Part shown: one piece after another, positions 16,993-24,930 of the stretch
How the letters are laid out: each line of letters opens with the position of its first letter
Numbering within the stretch: position 1 is the first letter of the stretch
Assembly (NCBI GenBank): GCA_007127095.1
Contig: SKZY01000185.1
Location: forward strand, 1 to 60,625
Direction of reading: 5' to 3'
Source of the DNA: Planctomycetaceae bacterium
GTDB lineage: Bacteria; Planctomycetota; Planctomycetia; Pirellulales; Pirellulaceae
Length of the DNA stretch: 60,625 bases
The notes under the pieces: generated by a model
What the model saw: only the letters and a program-made list of their open reading frames with translations
What the model was told of the DNA's origin: nothing
Databases searched by the model: none
Translations under genes and position numbers: made by a program

Positions 16993-17096
16993 CTCTTGAT
17001 CGCCTCCATTCGGCAGCTACTGACGCGCCGAAACATAGCCCCACCGACTCCCCACGAAAGCCCCAAGCGAAAGTAAAGCCCGGGTCCCTTCACTGC

Positions 17097-18101
17097 TTAA
17101 ACGGGAGTCGATGCCGCTGCGCCGGGCTGCTGTTGGTGTTGTTGCATGACCGACATGAACGCATCCTCGAGGTCCGATTGCAATTCACGAAATTGGCTGA
17201 TCGGTAATCCGGCCGACATCAGCCCGGCCAGCAACTCGCTCAGTTCGATGTCGGTCTTCGTCGTCTCGAATCGCAGAATCGCTTCGGCAGGGGCCGGTGT
17301 CACCGTTTCTGCTTCGCCGAGTCGCTGACCCAGTTGGTCGGCGGCGGCGGCGATATCGGCACCTGACAATAATTGGATCTCCATCGTCCGCCGTTGGTTC
17401 AGACTCCGCATGATCTCGGTCAACGAACCGGCAGCTCTCAAGCGGCCCTGAGTGATGATCGCGACCTGATCACAGATCCGGGCCAATTCGGGCAAAATGT
17501 GGCTAGTGACGATCAACGTTTTTCCGGAAGCCGCCAGACGCAACAACAATTCTCGCATCTCGATCCGGGCTTGGGGGTCGAGTCCGTTGGCCGGTTCGTC
17601 AAAAATCAACACCTCGGGATCGTGCAACAGCGTCCGCGCGATTCCGACTCGCTGCTGCATCCCGTGGCTGAGACTTTCCACATAGCGATCTTGCATGTAA
17701 CTGCTGTTGGTGATCTCCAAAACCTCGGCGATCCGTTTGACCCGGTCGCGTTTGGCGATCCCGAAAGTCGCCCCGAAAAAGTCGAGATATTCACGGACCC
17801 GCATATTGTCGTAGGAGCCGAACCCGTCGGGCATGTAGCCGACCAACCGCTTGATCCGGTTCGATTCACGCGAACAGTCGGCCCCTGCGATCCGTGCGGT
17901 CCCTGACGTCGGACGGGCCAACCCGACCAGAATCTTGATCGTCGTCGTCTTGCCGGCCCCGTTGGGGCCGATGAATCCCAAGATCTGTCCGCGGTGAACG
18001 GTCAGGTTCAGCCCTTCCAACGCCACGAACTCACCGTAGCGTTTGCCGAGTTCCGTGACTTCGACCACCGGGTCATCGCCCGCCGCAAGCTGACTCATCA
18101 T
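17097..18101 (-). CDS. ABC transporter ATP-binding protein (ABC-2/DrrA-type NBD with C-terminal accessory domain)
   Basis: Walker A GPNGAGKTT, Q-loop, signature LSHGMQQR, Walker B LIFDEPANGLD, H-loop TSHIL. The start is trimmed to the ATG at 18101, which overlaps the upstream stop (ATGA, 18098-18101). The track start at 18485 was rejected. Confidence 0.9.
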   Translation of the reverse strand: MMSQLAAGDDPVVEVTELGKRYGEFVALEGLNLTVHRGQILGFIGPNGAGKTTTIKILVGLARPTSGTARIAGADCSRESNRIKRLVGYMPDGFGSYDNMRVREYLDFFGATFGIAKRDRVKRIAEVLEITNSSYMQDRYVESLSHGMQQRVGIARTLLHDPEVLIFDEPANGLDPQARIEMRELLLRLAASGKTLIVTSHILPELARICDQVAIITQGRLRAAGSLTEIMRSLNQRRTMEIQLLSGADIAAAADQLGQRLGEAETVTPAPAEAILRFETTKTDIELSELLAGLMSAGLPISQFRELQSDLEDAFMSVMQQHQQQPGAAASTPV

Positions 18102-20740
18102 CGCTCTTCCTCTGATTCGCTTGGCTGTGTCACACCGTTGATCGTCACTCGGGTCGAACTGATCGTCCATTCGATCAACGCCGCCCCCGGTTGCTGCGGC
18201 TCGGCGCCCAATTCGCCGACCACGAAATCGAACAACAACCCGCCATTCGAATCCAACTCCAACCCCGCACGATCGCTGATCGTCACTTCGAACACCCCCG
18301 AAGGATTCGAAAAACGGCCGACCGATGTCCGTTTTCCGTCTCGAATCGAAAAAACTTCCAATACCCGAGAAGGGATATTGCAGTCGATCGACAGCTCGGC
18401 CGATTCGACCCGCAGCGGTAGCACCACTTCGGGGACTTGGAATCGCAGTCGCACGTCGGACGACCGTGTATTTCCCGGATTCCAACTCTCGGTCTGGTTA
18501 TCAAACGCCGGCGATTGCCCCGCCTCGCCGGTGACGGAACGGGTGCGGATCAGCGGTGATGGTATTGAAACCGTTCGTTCGGGCGGCGTCCGCAATAATT
18601 CCAATGGGATCGACACCAAGGAGCTTGAAATCCGCTCGACGGCCTGGGCGGACGTCAATCCAGCTGCCGCGTCGCCGGTCCAAGCCACCAGCGTCGGTTG
18701 CCGAATCTCGCCCCGCTCCCGCTCTCGGTCCCGCTGTCGATCCCACCACCGACGGAACAATCGTTGACGCCGCAACTGCTCGTCATCGACCAAGACCGTA
18801 TTACCGAACTGGCCGACCGAGAGACGATCGGTCTCACCGCTGGTGAAGCTGCCATCGGGTCGCAGGTTGACCGCCATCAGCGGTGAATTCGGAAACACCA
18901 GTAAACCGTCACTGAGCGTCGGTCGACCGCCGGACTCTCGGCCATCGCGGCTCGCTTGATCGGCTTTTGTTGGTGTTGGGGCGAGGCCGGCGATATCGAC
19001 GATCCCTTGCAGCCCATCGGCACCGATCGATGCCCGGGCATGAACGGGCGTACTCGCTGTTCCGACCGTGTCGCTGCGAATCAGCGTCACGCCGGGAGAA
19101 AGCGTCGTCCCGTCCCACTTCCAGTTGCCCGCGTCATCCCAAATGAATTCGCGAATTTTTCCGCTCAAATCAGACATCCGTGGGTCGATGCGGGTATCAA
19201 CGGCACGAAAATCGGCAAGGTACTGATCCGGCTGGAATACCGCGACGGCGCCGGTGGACGAAAAACCGCCAGTCGCGGGAGAGACTTCGATCAACCGCAG
19301 TTCGGCGATCGTCGGTTCGATTTCACCCCGGTAGAATAGTCCTAAGCCGAGCAACCATGAAGTCGCGATCAACGCCGAACCGACGGCCCACCAAGACAAT
19401 CGTTCCAATTGATGACGGAGTACCAGCCAGAGCCCGCCAGCGAGGATCACGGCGCAAAACATCCCCAAGATTCCCAACACCGTACCGCGGCTCGGGATGC
19501 GATAGCCGATCCGATCCGTCACATATCCGGCGATCACCTCGGTATCGAGTTCATCCGCTTCGTCGACCGCAAAGAATCGATCGGACAACTCGTCGAGCGG
19601 TTCCAAGGCACGAAAATCGGTGTAAGCCAGCGGGTTCGAATTGTCGTATTGCGCGTCACTCGGGTCGTGTGGCCGCATCCAACCATGAGCGTCCAGCAGA
19701 GTGACCAGTACTCGGCCCCGTCCATAGGGAAACTCGACGGCCACCGGCCACTCGTCGACCGAAAACCGAACCGTACCGCCTTCGACGAAGGCACGGATCA
19801 ATTCGACCGGTTGCTCACGGGCGAGTTCGGGATAGAGCATTCCTGATTGTGGTTCTTGGATCCGAAAGCTGGTCAGCGGCACACGGTCGACGACGGCAAT
19901 CTCCAAGGCCGATCCGAACAACGTCCGCAATGTCTCGATATCGGTCCGATTGAGCTGAATCCACATTCGGCCGCCCTCGGAAACCCAGCCTCGCAAAGCC
20001 GCCGCCGCGCCGGGCTCGTCCGCCAACCGCTTCCCAGCAACGACGATATGACGCACCGAATCCCAACCCTCGATCGCTGCTGGCAAAAGTCGATCGCCCG
20101 GCAGGATCAGCGTGCGAGTGAACCCGCGGGCCTCCCGCATCGCCAGTACGGCCTCGTAGCCGGCATCCTTTTCAGCTGAACCGCCGAGCAGTTCATCGGT
20201 GATGCTATCGTCGATAAAAGCCGTCGCACCGTCGGACGCGACCGGTACTAAACCGCCACTTCCCAGTGAATTGGATAGCCTACCGCCAGAAACGACCCGC
20301 CGAACGACTTCAAACTGCGTCTCTCCTTCGATTTCCGTCGGCAGATAGAGCGGAATCGTGGTGGTCCGCACGGAACGCGCCGGTATCCAAACGTCACGGC
20401 CGAACCGCAAATCGGGTATCGGCTTCAAATTAACCGTCGCTCGCACCGTCGCCGCCGAATCGGATCGATTGGCGACCACGATCTTCACCAATCCCCACCG
20501 CCCTGGCGATAACGACTTTAACCCCGTCGGTGATCCGAGCGTCAGCACTTCAACGCCGTCATCCGCCCGCACCGGCGGTTGCGGGCACGCCAACACCGCC
20601 AGCGAACAGGCCAGCACCATGCCGAAAAGTCGACTGGTATGTCCGCAACCCGAAACTCGACGGCCAGCGGCAGACGTAAAGCGGAACAAGTCGGATTTCC
20701 CATTGCGGATGCGAAGGAGCAGGGGAGCGAACGACGACAT
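18098..20740 (-). CDS. Large (880 aa) hypothetical membrane protein: two ~400-aa extracytoplasmic regions separated by a TM hairpin
   Basis: Long ORF with coding-like codon usage. N-terminal hydrophobic segment MVLACSLAVLACP. Central TM pair VLGILGMFCAVILAGGLWLVL / WWAVGSALIATSWLLGLGLFY. I recognise no known domain. The ATG at 20740 overlaps the upstream stop (TGATG). An internal ATG at 20620 is an alternative start. Confidence 0.75.
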   Translation of the reverse strand: MSSFAPLLLRIRNGKSDLFRFTSAAGRRVSGCGHTSRLFGMVLACSLAVLACPQPPVRADDGVEVLTLGSPTGLKSLSPGRWGLVKIVVANRSDSAATVRATVNLKPIPDLRFGRDVWIPARSVRTTTIPLYLPTEIEGETQFEVVRRVVSGGRLSNSLGSGGLVPVASDGATAFIDDSITDELLGGSAEKDAGYEAVLAMREARGFTRTLILPGDRLLPAAIEGWDSVRHIVVAGKRLADEPGAAAALRGWVSEGGRMWIQLNRTDIETLRTLFGSALEIAVVDRVPLTSFRIQEPQSGMLYPELAREQPVELIRAFVEGGTVRFSVDEWPVAVEFPYGRGRVLVTLLDAHGWMRPHDPSDAQYDNSNPLAYTDFRALEPLDELSDRFFAVDEADELDTEVIAGYVTDRIGYRIPSRGTVLGILGMFCAVILAGGLWLVLRHQLERLSWWAVGSALIATSWLLGLGLFYRGEIEPTIAELRLIEVSPATGGFSSTGAVAVFQPDQYLADFRAVDTRIDPRMSDLSGKIREFIWDDAGNWKWDGTTLSPGVTLIRSDTVGTASTPVHARASIGADGLQGIVDIAGLAPTPTKADQASRDGRESGGRPTLSDGLLVFPNSPLMAVNLRPDGSFTSGETDRLSVGQFGNTVLVDDEQLRRQRLFRRWWDRQRDRERERGEIRQPTLVAWTGDAAAGLTSAQAVERISSSLVSIPLELLRTPPERTVSIPSPLIRTRSVTGEAGQSPAFDNQTESWNPGNTRSSDVRLRFQVPEVVLPLRVESAELSIDCNIPSRVLEVFSIRDGKRTSVGRFSNPSGVFEVTISDRAGLELDSNGGLLFDFVVGELGAEPQQPGAALIEWTISSTRVTINGVTQPSESEEER

Positions 20741-21393
20741 CAACGTCCGCGACCTGAGGCCCGACTATAGCGGATCCGACAGCCGATCGGCACGGTCTCA
20801 CGCGTTTCGACCTGGTCACCCGCCAAGACCGCCGCGACCGCGTCAGCGACATAGCGAGTGCCGACCGATTTCCCATCGGGGCTATCGTCAAGCGACCCCA
20901 TGTAGACGACTCGCCCCTCGGAATCGAGCACGAAGAACTCGGGCGTCTTGATCGCACCAAAATCGCGAGCGATCTGCTGCGACGGATCGTGCAAGTAGGG
21001 AAAGGGAAACGACTTGACCTGGGCCCGCGTCTTCATCGCCGGCAGCAAATCGTCGTCGATTAAGTTGACATTGATCGCGACCACTTTGACCGCATCGCCA
21101 GGAAACTGCTTGGCCAAAGCGATCAAGCGGTCCTCCACGTCGACCGCATAGGGACAACTGTTGCAAGTGAATGCGACCACGACGCAATCGGCGCCAGCCA
21201 CATCGTCCCATGAGTGCCGCTCGCCGTCGACGCCTTCCAGCGATTCCCAACGCGGAGCCGCGTCGCCAATGCTCAGCACCGCATTGAACTCGCCGCCGCC
21301 AACATCGCCGAGGAACGTCGACAACACCAGTCCGACCGACAAGAGTGCGACACGATACGGCGTCCAAGGCCGCGGAAACGATTGAGAATGCAT
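20740..21393 (-). CDS. Thioredoxin-fold redoxin (TlpA/AhpC-TSA-like), membrane-anchored or secreted
   Basis: CxxC motif in VVAFTCNSCPYA. TlpA-like core KVVAINVN...PFPYLHDPSQQIARDFGAIKTPEFFVLD. N-terminal hydrophobic anchor RVALLSVGLVLSTFL. The ATG at 21393 is preferred over the track's GTG at 21438. Confidence 0.85.
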   Translation of the reverse strand: MHSQSFPRPWTPYRVALLSVGLVLSTFLGDVGGGEFNAVLSIGDAAPRWESLEGVDGERHSWDDVAGADCVVVAFTCNSCPYAVDVEDRLIALAKQFPGDAVKVVAINVNLIDDDLLPAMKTRAQVKSFPFPYLHDPSQQIARDFGAIKTPEFFVLDSEGRVVYMGSLDDSPDGKSVGTRYVADAVAAVLAGDQVETRETVPIGCRIRYSRASGRGR

Positions 21394-21467
21394 AACCGGC
21401 TCGGAAATGGGGCAGGACAAAGCGTTCAGTCGCTTCACAGTTTAACACCCACAAGCCGCTCCCGAAA

Positions 21468-22589
21468 TCAGACGCGACCAGACCCGGCGTCGATGCCGAC
21501 CGCCTGACTGATATGGCTGAATCCGTCTCGGTGCAGCAGTTCGACCAACGACCGGTTGATCTGGCGCACTACGCCGGGACCTTCGTAAACCAATGCTGTG
21601 TAAAGCTGTAGTGCCGAGGCGCCCAAGCGAATCTTTCGGTAGGCATCTTCGGCGTTGAAAATGCCACCGACACCGATGATCACATACCGTCGTCGGTTGA
21701 TCAGCGACGCCAATCGCGCGATGCAGCGGTCGATGAGCGGTCCGACCGGAGCGCCGGAGACCGCGCCGGGCATCGCTCCCAAGTCGCCGATCGGGCCGGT
21801 CCACTGCAGAGCCGGCGGTTTGCCCGGAGACAGGTTAAAGAGAAAACCGCGGACGAAGTCAAAAGGCTCGACCTCGGCCAGAATCCGCCGCAATTCTTCG
21901 AGGTCGTCGTTTGGGGCGAGCTTGAGAAAAACGGGACAAGCGATCGATAGCGTCGCCAATCGCTCCAGCAACCGGCCGATGTTGCCGGTTGCGGCAAAGA
22001 AGTCCTTGCCACCAGACGCATTGGGACAGCTGAGGTTCAGCGTCAGGTAGTCGGCCCACGGTGCCAACGTCGCGACGCTGTGGCAATAGTCATCGAGAAT
22101 CTCATCGTCCCCGGCAGCTGCCGCCCCCGGACCATCGTTCGTCTTCACAATATTGGCTCCGATCGGAATCCGCCGCTGACGAGCAGCCAATCGTCGGGCG
22201 ACCATTCCAGCACCGTCGTTGGGCAACCCGTAGTTGACGACGATCGCTCGCTGATCGGGCAGGCGAAACAGACGCGGTTTGGGGTTACCGATCGAAGGCC
22301 GCGCCGAAATCGAGCCGATTTCGGCGAAACCGAAGCCGAGGTGGCCGAGCATGCCGAGCGCCCGGCCGCTCTTGTCCCAACCGGCCGCCAACCCGATCGG
22401 GTTGGCCAGAGGCAGCCCCGCCAACTCGCTCCGCAAGCACTCGTTACTCGCGTCTTCGAACATCTGCGAGGCCAGCCAACGCAATGGCGCCAGCCTGCCC
22501 GTCCAACGACAGCACTCGACGGTCGCCGCATGGGCCAGTTCGGGATCGAGCCGAAACAACAACGGGCGTAAACAGTGACGATAAATCAA
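21468..22589 (-). CDS. pyrD: Dihydroorotate dehydrogenase (quinone), class 2
   Basis: N-terminus LRPLLFRLDPELAH. Motifs NPIGLAAGWDK, FGFAEIGS, NLSCPN and IIGVGGI. It appears to use a TTG start (22589-22587). Confidence 0.92.
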   Translation of the reverse strand: MIYRHCLRPLLFRLDPELAHAATVECCRWTGRLAPLRWLASQMFEDASNECLRSELAGLPLANPIGLAAGWDKSGRALGMLGHLGFGFAEIGSISARPSIGNPKPRLFRLPDQRAIVVNYGLPNDGAGMVARRLAARQRRIPIGANIVKTNDGPGAAAAGDDEILDDYCHSVATLAPWADYLTLNLSCPNASGGKDFFAATGNIGRLLERLATLSIACPVFLKLAPNDDLEELRRILAEVEPFDFVRGFLFNLSPGKPPALQWTGPIGDLGAMPGAVSGAPVGPLIDRCIARLASLINRRRYVIIGVGGIFNAEDAYRKIRLGASALQLYTALVYEGPGVVRQINRSLVELLHRDGFSHISQAVGIDAGSGRV

Positions 22590-22812
22590 TCGAATGGACC
22601 GTTAGCTTGGGAAATTCCCGAATCGAACAGATCAGGAACAGTCTGGTAATCCATGAGTGGACGAAGGACTGGCGGACTCTTGGTCAGCGGATTACAAAGA
22701 TCGCCCATTGCCAGGTTGCCCCCACTTGGTCGCGCAACCACTTGATCGCGGATGTGCGGTCACGAGACCGCGACAGCGGTTTCCACACTCCCCCAGTCTT
22801 TTGCTGTCCCGC

Positions 22813-23475
22813 ATGATTGATCCCGAGTTTGCGTCTAGCCTCTCGAAATATGGTTACGATTTGCCGAGCGAGCAAGCCGAACGCCTCGAAACCTACGTCC
22901 GTTCGGTCTGGAAATGGAACGAGCAGATCAACATGACGCGTCACACGACGTGGGACCTGTTCGTCGGCCGGGACCTGCGGGATTGCTTGCGACTGTCCGA
23001 ATTGATCGTCACCGGTGAAGACGTCTTGGATCTGGGAAGCGGTGCGGGCGTCCCGGGGATTCCGCTGGCGATCCTGCGGTCGGACGTGAAGGTGTCGTTG
23101 GCCGAATCGGTCGGCAAGCGGGCCAAGATTCTCGACGAGATGGTGACCGACCTCGAATTGCCGATCGCTGTTTACGCGGCTCGCGGCGAGGAGCTGCTGG
23201 AAGATTTCCGCTTCACCACCGTCGTTTGCCGGGCTGTTGGCTCCTTGCGGAAACTCTGCCAATGGGTCGAACCGCATTGGTCGTCGATCGACCGCATGTT
23301 GGCGATCAAGGGGCCGAAATGGGTTGAGGAACGTGGTGAGGCGAGACACCACGGCGCGATGAACGGATTGCAAGTCCGTGTCGCCGACTCCTATCCGCTC
23401 GGTGACGACGATCCCGGCGAAGGCGTGATTCTGCAGATTTGGCCAAAAGGACGCCAGTTGGCCGGGCAGGAATGA
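22813..23475 (+). CDS. rsmG: 16S rRNA (guanine527-N7)-methyltransferase
   Basis: Motifs WNEQINMT and the SAM-binding VLDLGSGAGVPGIPLAI; overall GidB-like length. The ATG at 22813 was chosen; the track start at 22657 is an unsupported extension. Confidence 0.88.
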   Translation: MIDPEFASSLSKYGYDLPSEQAERLETYVRSVWKWNEQINMTRHTTWDLFVGRDLRDCLRLSELIVTGEDVLDLGSGAGVPGIPLAILRSDVKVSLAESVGKRAKILDEMVTDLELPIAVYAARGEELLEDFRFTTVVCRAVGSLRKLCQWVEPHWSSIDRMLAIKGPKWVEERGEARHHGAMNGLQVRVADSYPLGDDDPGEGVILQIWPKGRQLAGQE

Positions 23476-23510
23476 ACCACACCTTCCGGCGAGCAGCCGG
23501 AAGGTGGGTT
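23476..23510. terminator. Hairpin between convergent genes (candidate bidirectional terminator)
   Basis: CACCTTCCGGC (23480-23490), loop GAGCA, GCCGGAAGGTG (23496-23506), flanked by AACC/GGTT. It lies immediately after the rsmG stop and 40 nt after the DUF1552 gene stop on the other strand. No clear U-tract. Confidence 0.5.
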
Positions 23511-23550
23511 CGCAGCGCGTTTCAAATGCGACGCGACGGTCGCAGGAACT

Positions 23551-24930
23551 TTACGCCAGACCCGGCAGTCGACCGTTGCTGTCGCCGAGCACGTCGGTCG
23601 GCGTACCCATCGCGTCGAGCATCGACAAGAACAGGTTGCTCATCGGCGTATCGGCTTCGTATTGCAATCGCCGCCCGGTTTGAATTTGCCCGCCGGCCCC
23701 GCCGGCGAGAATGATCGGCAGGTCGTGGTGGGTGTGGCGATTGCCGTCGCCCAGCGCGCTGCCGTAGAGGACCATCGAATTATCGAGCAGCGTGCCGTCG
23801 CCATCATCGACCGAATCGAGCTTCTCGAGGAAGTACGCGTATTGCTCGACCAGGTAACGGTCGATTTTCTCGATCTTGGCGACCGTCTCGGGATCGTTGC
23901 GGTGGTGGCTGAGCCCGTGGTGAGCTTCTTTCACACCGACTTCGCTGTAGCTGCGATTGCCGCCTGCGTTGTCGAGCATGAAGGTCGCGACACGGGTAGC
24001 ATCGGTTTGGAAGGCGACGACCATCAGGTCGAACATCAACCGGGCATGTTCACGAAACGCTTCGACTCGGCCATAGGGGACTTCCAGGTCGGGCAACGCC
24101 TCGCGGTCCTGCTGTTCGGCCCGCTCGATCCGCATCTCCAGCTCACGAACGCCACTGAAGTACTCATCCAGCTTACGGCGATCGGTATCACCGACCTTGC
24201 TGATCAACTTCTTGGCGTCGTGCGAGACGACATCGAGAATGCTCCGCCGCACTTCATTACGTTCCCGCCGTTCGTGGGTGTCGCCCGATCCGAACAATCG
24301 TTCGAAAGCGAGCCTCGGGATCGTCTCCTTCGCCATCGGCGTGGTTTCGTTGCGCCAGGAGATGTTCGACGAATAGGCACAGCTATATCCGGAATCGCAG
24401 CTGCCGGCGTTGCGGCTGCCCACCAGTCCCAACTCGATCGATGCCAAGCGTGTCTGGCCTTGTAGCTGCTCGGCACATACCTGGTCCACGGAGACACCGA
24501 GGCTTACGCGGCTGGACGTCTTCAGCGGGCGAGCCGCAGTCAAGTAAGTCGCCGCAGCACGGGCGTGGTCGCCAGCGCCGTCCTTCTTGGCTCGGCCATT
24601 GTCCTGAGCCAAGCCGTCGATCACATTCAGTTTCGACTTCATCGCCGCCAGAGGCGACAGCGTTTCAGACAGTTGCCAATCTTCGCCGACCCCTTCGCAT
24701 TGCCACTTCGGTTGGATCACACCGTTGGGGACGAACAACATCGCCATCCGCACCGGTCGCTTCGACTCATCGGTCGGCGCGGCGTACGCGCTTCGAGACA
24801 GCGGCATCATCGCTTCGAGACAGGGCAGCCCCATTACGGCACCACTGCCTCGCAGCAACGTCCTACGGCTGAGGCTGCGGCCCCAAAGGTTGCCGCCGGA
24901 GATCGTTTTTCGGGCGTCATTGTGAGTCAT
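23551..24930 (-). CDS. DUF1552 domain protein with Tat-type signal
   Basis: The twin-arginine-like N-terminus SRRTLLRGSGAVMGLPCLEAM, together with the body, matches my memory of the planctomycete DUF1552 family. The ATG at 24930 overlaps the upstream gene end by 14 nt. Confidence 0.88.
   Translation of the reverse strand: MTHNDARKTISGGNLWGRSLSRRTLLRGSGAVMGLPCLEAMMPLSRSAYAAPTDESKRPVRMAMLFVPNGVIQPKWQCEGVGEDWQLSETLSPLAAMKSKLNVIDGLAQDNGRAKKDGAGDHARAAATYLTAARPLKTSSRVSLGVSVDQVCAEQLQGQTRLASIELGLVGSRNAGSCDSGYSCAYSSNISWRNETTPMAKETIPRLAFERLFGSGDTHERRERNEVRRSILDVVSHDAKKLISKVGDTDRRKLDEYFSGVRELEMRIERAEQQDREALPDLEVPYGRVEAFREHARLMFDLMVVAFQTDATRVATFMLDNAGGNRSYSEVGVKEAHHGLSHHRNDPETVAKIEKIDRYLVEQYAYFLEKLDSVDDGDGTLLDNSMVLYGSALGDGNRHTHHDLPIILAGGAGGQIQTGRRLQYEADTPMSNLFLSMLDAMGTPTDVLGDSNGRLPGLA

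Noticed and set aside
17994-18767. 257-aa plus-strand ORF, and the 18102-18485 extension of the ABC ATPase ORF
   Set aside because: The plus ORF is antisense to two coupled minus-strand genes. The ATPase extension overlaps the 880-aa gene and lacks NBD similarity. The ATGA-coupled ATG at 18101 sits about 25 aa before Walker A, as expected.
23662-24465. 267-aa plus-strand ORF inside the DUF1552 gene, and the 244-aa ORF at 26066..26800 inside the DUF1592 gene
   Set aside because: Both are antisense to genes with clear family signatures (Tat signal; CxxCH and CASCH motifs).
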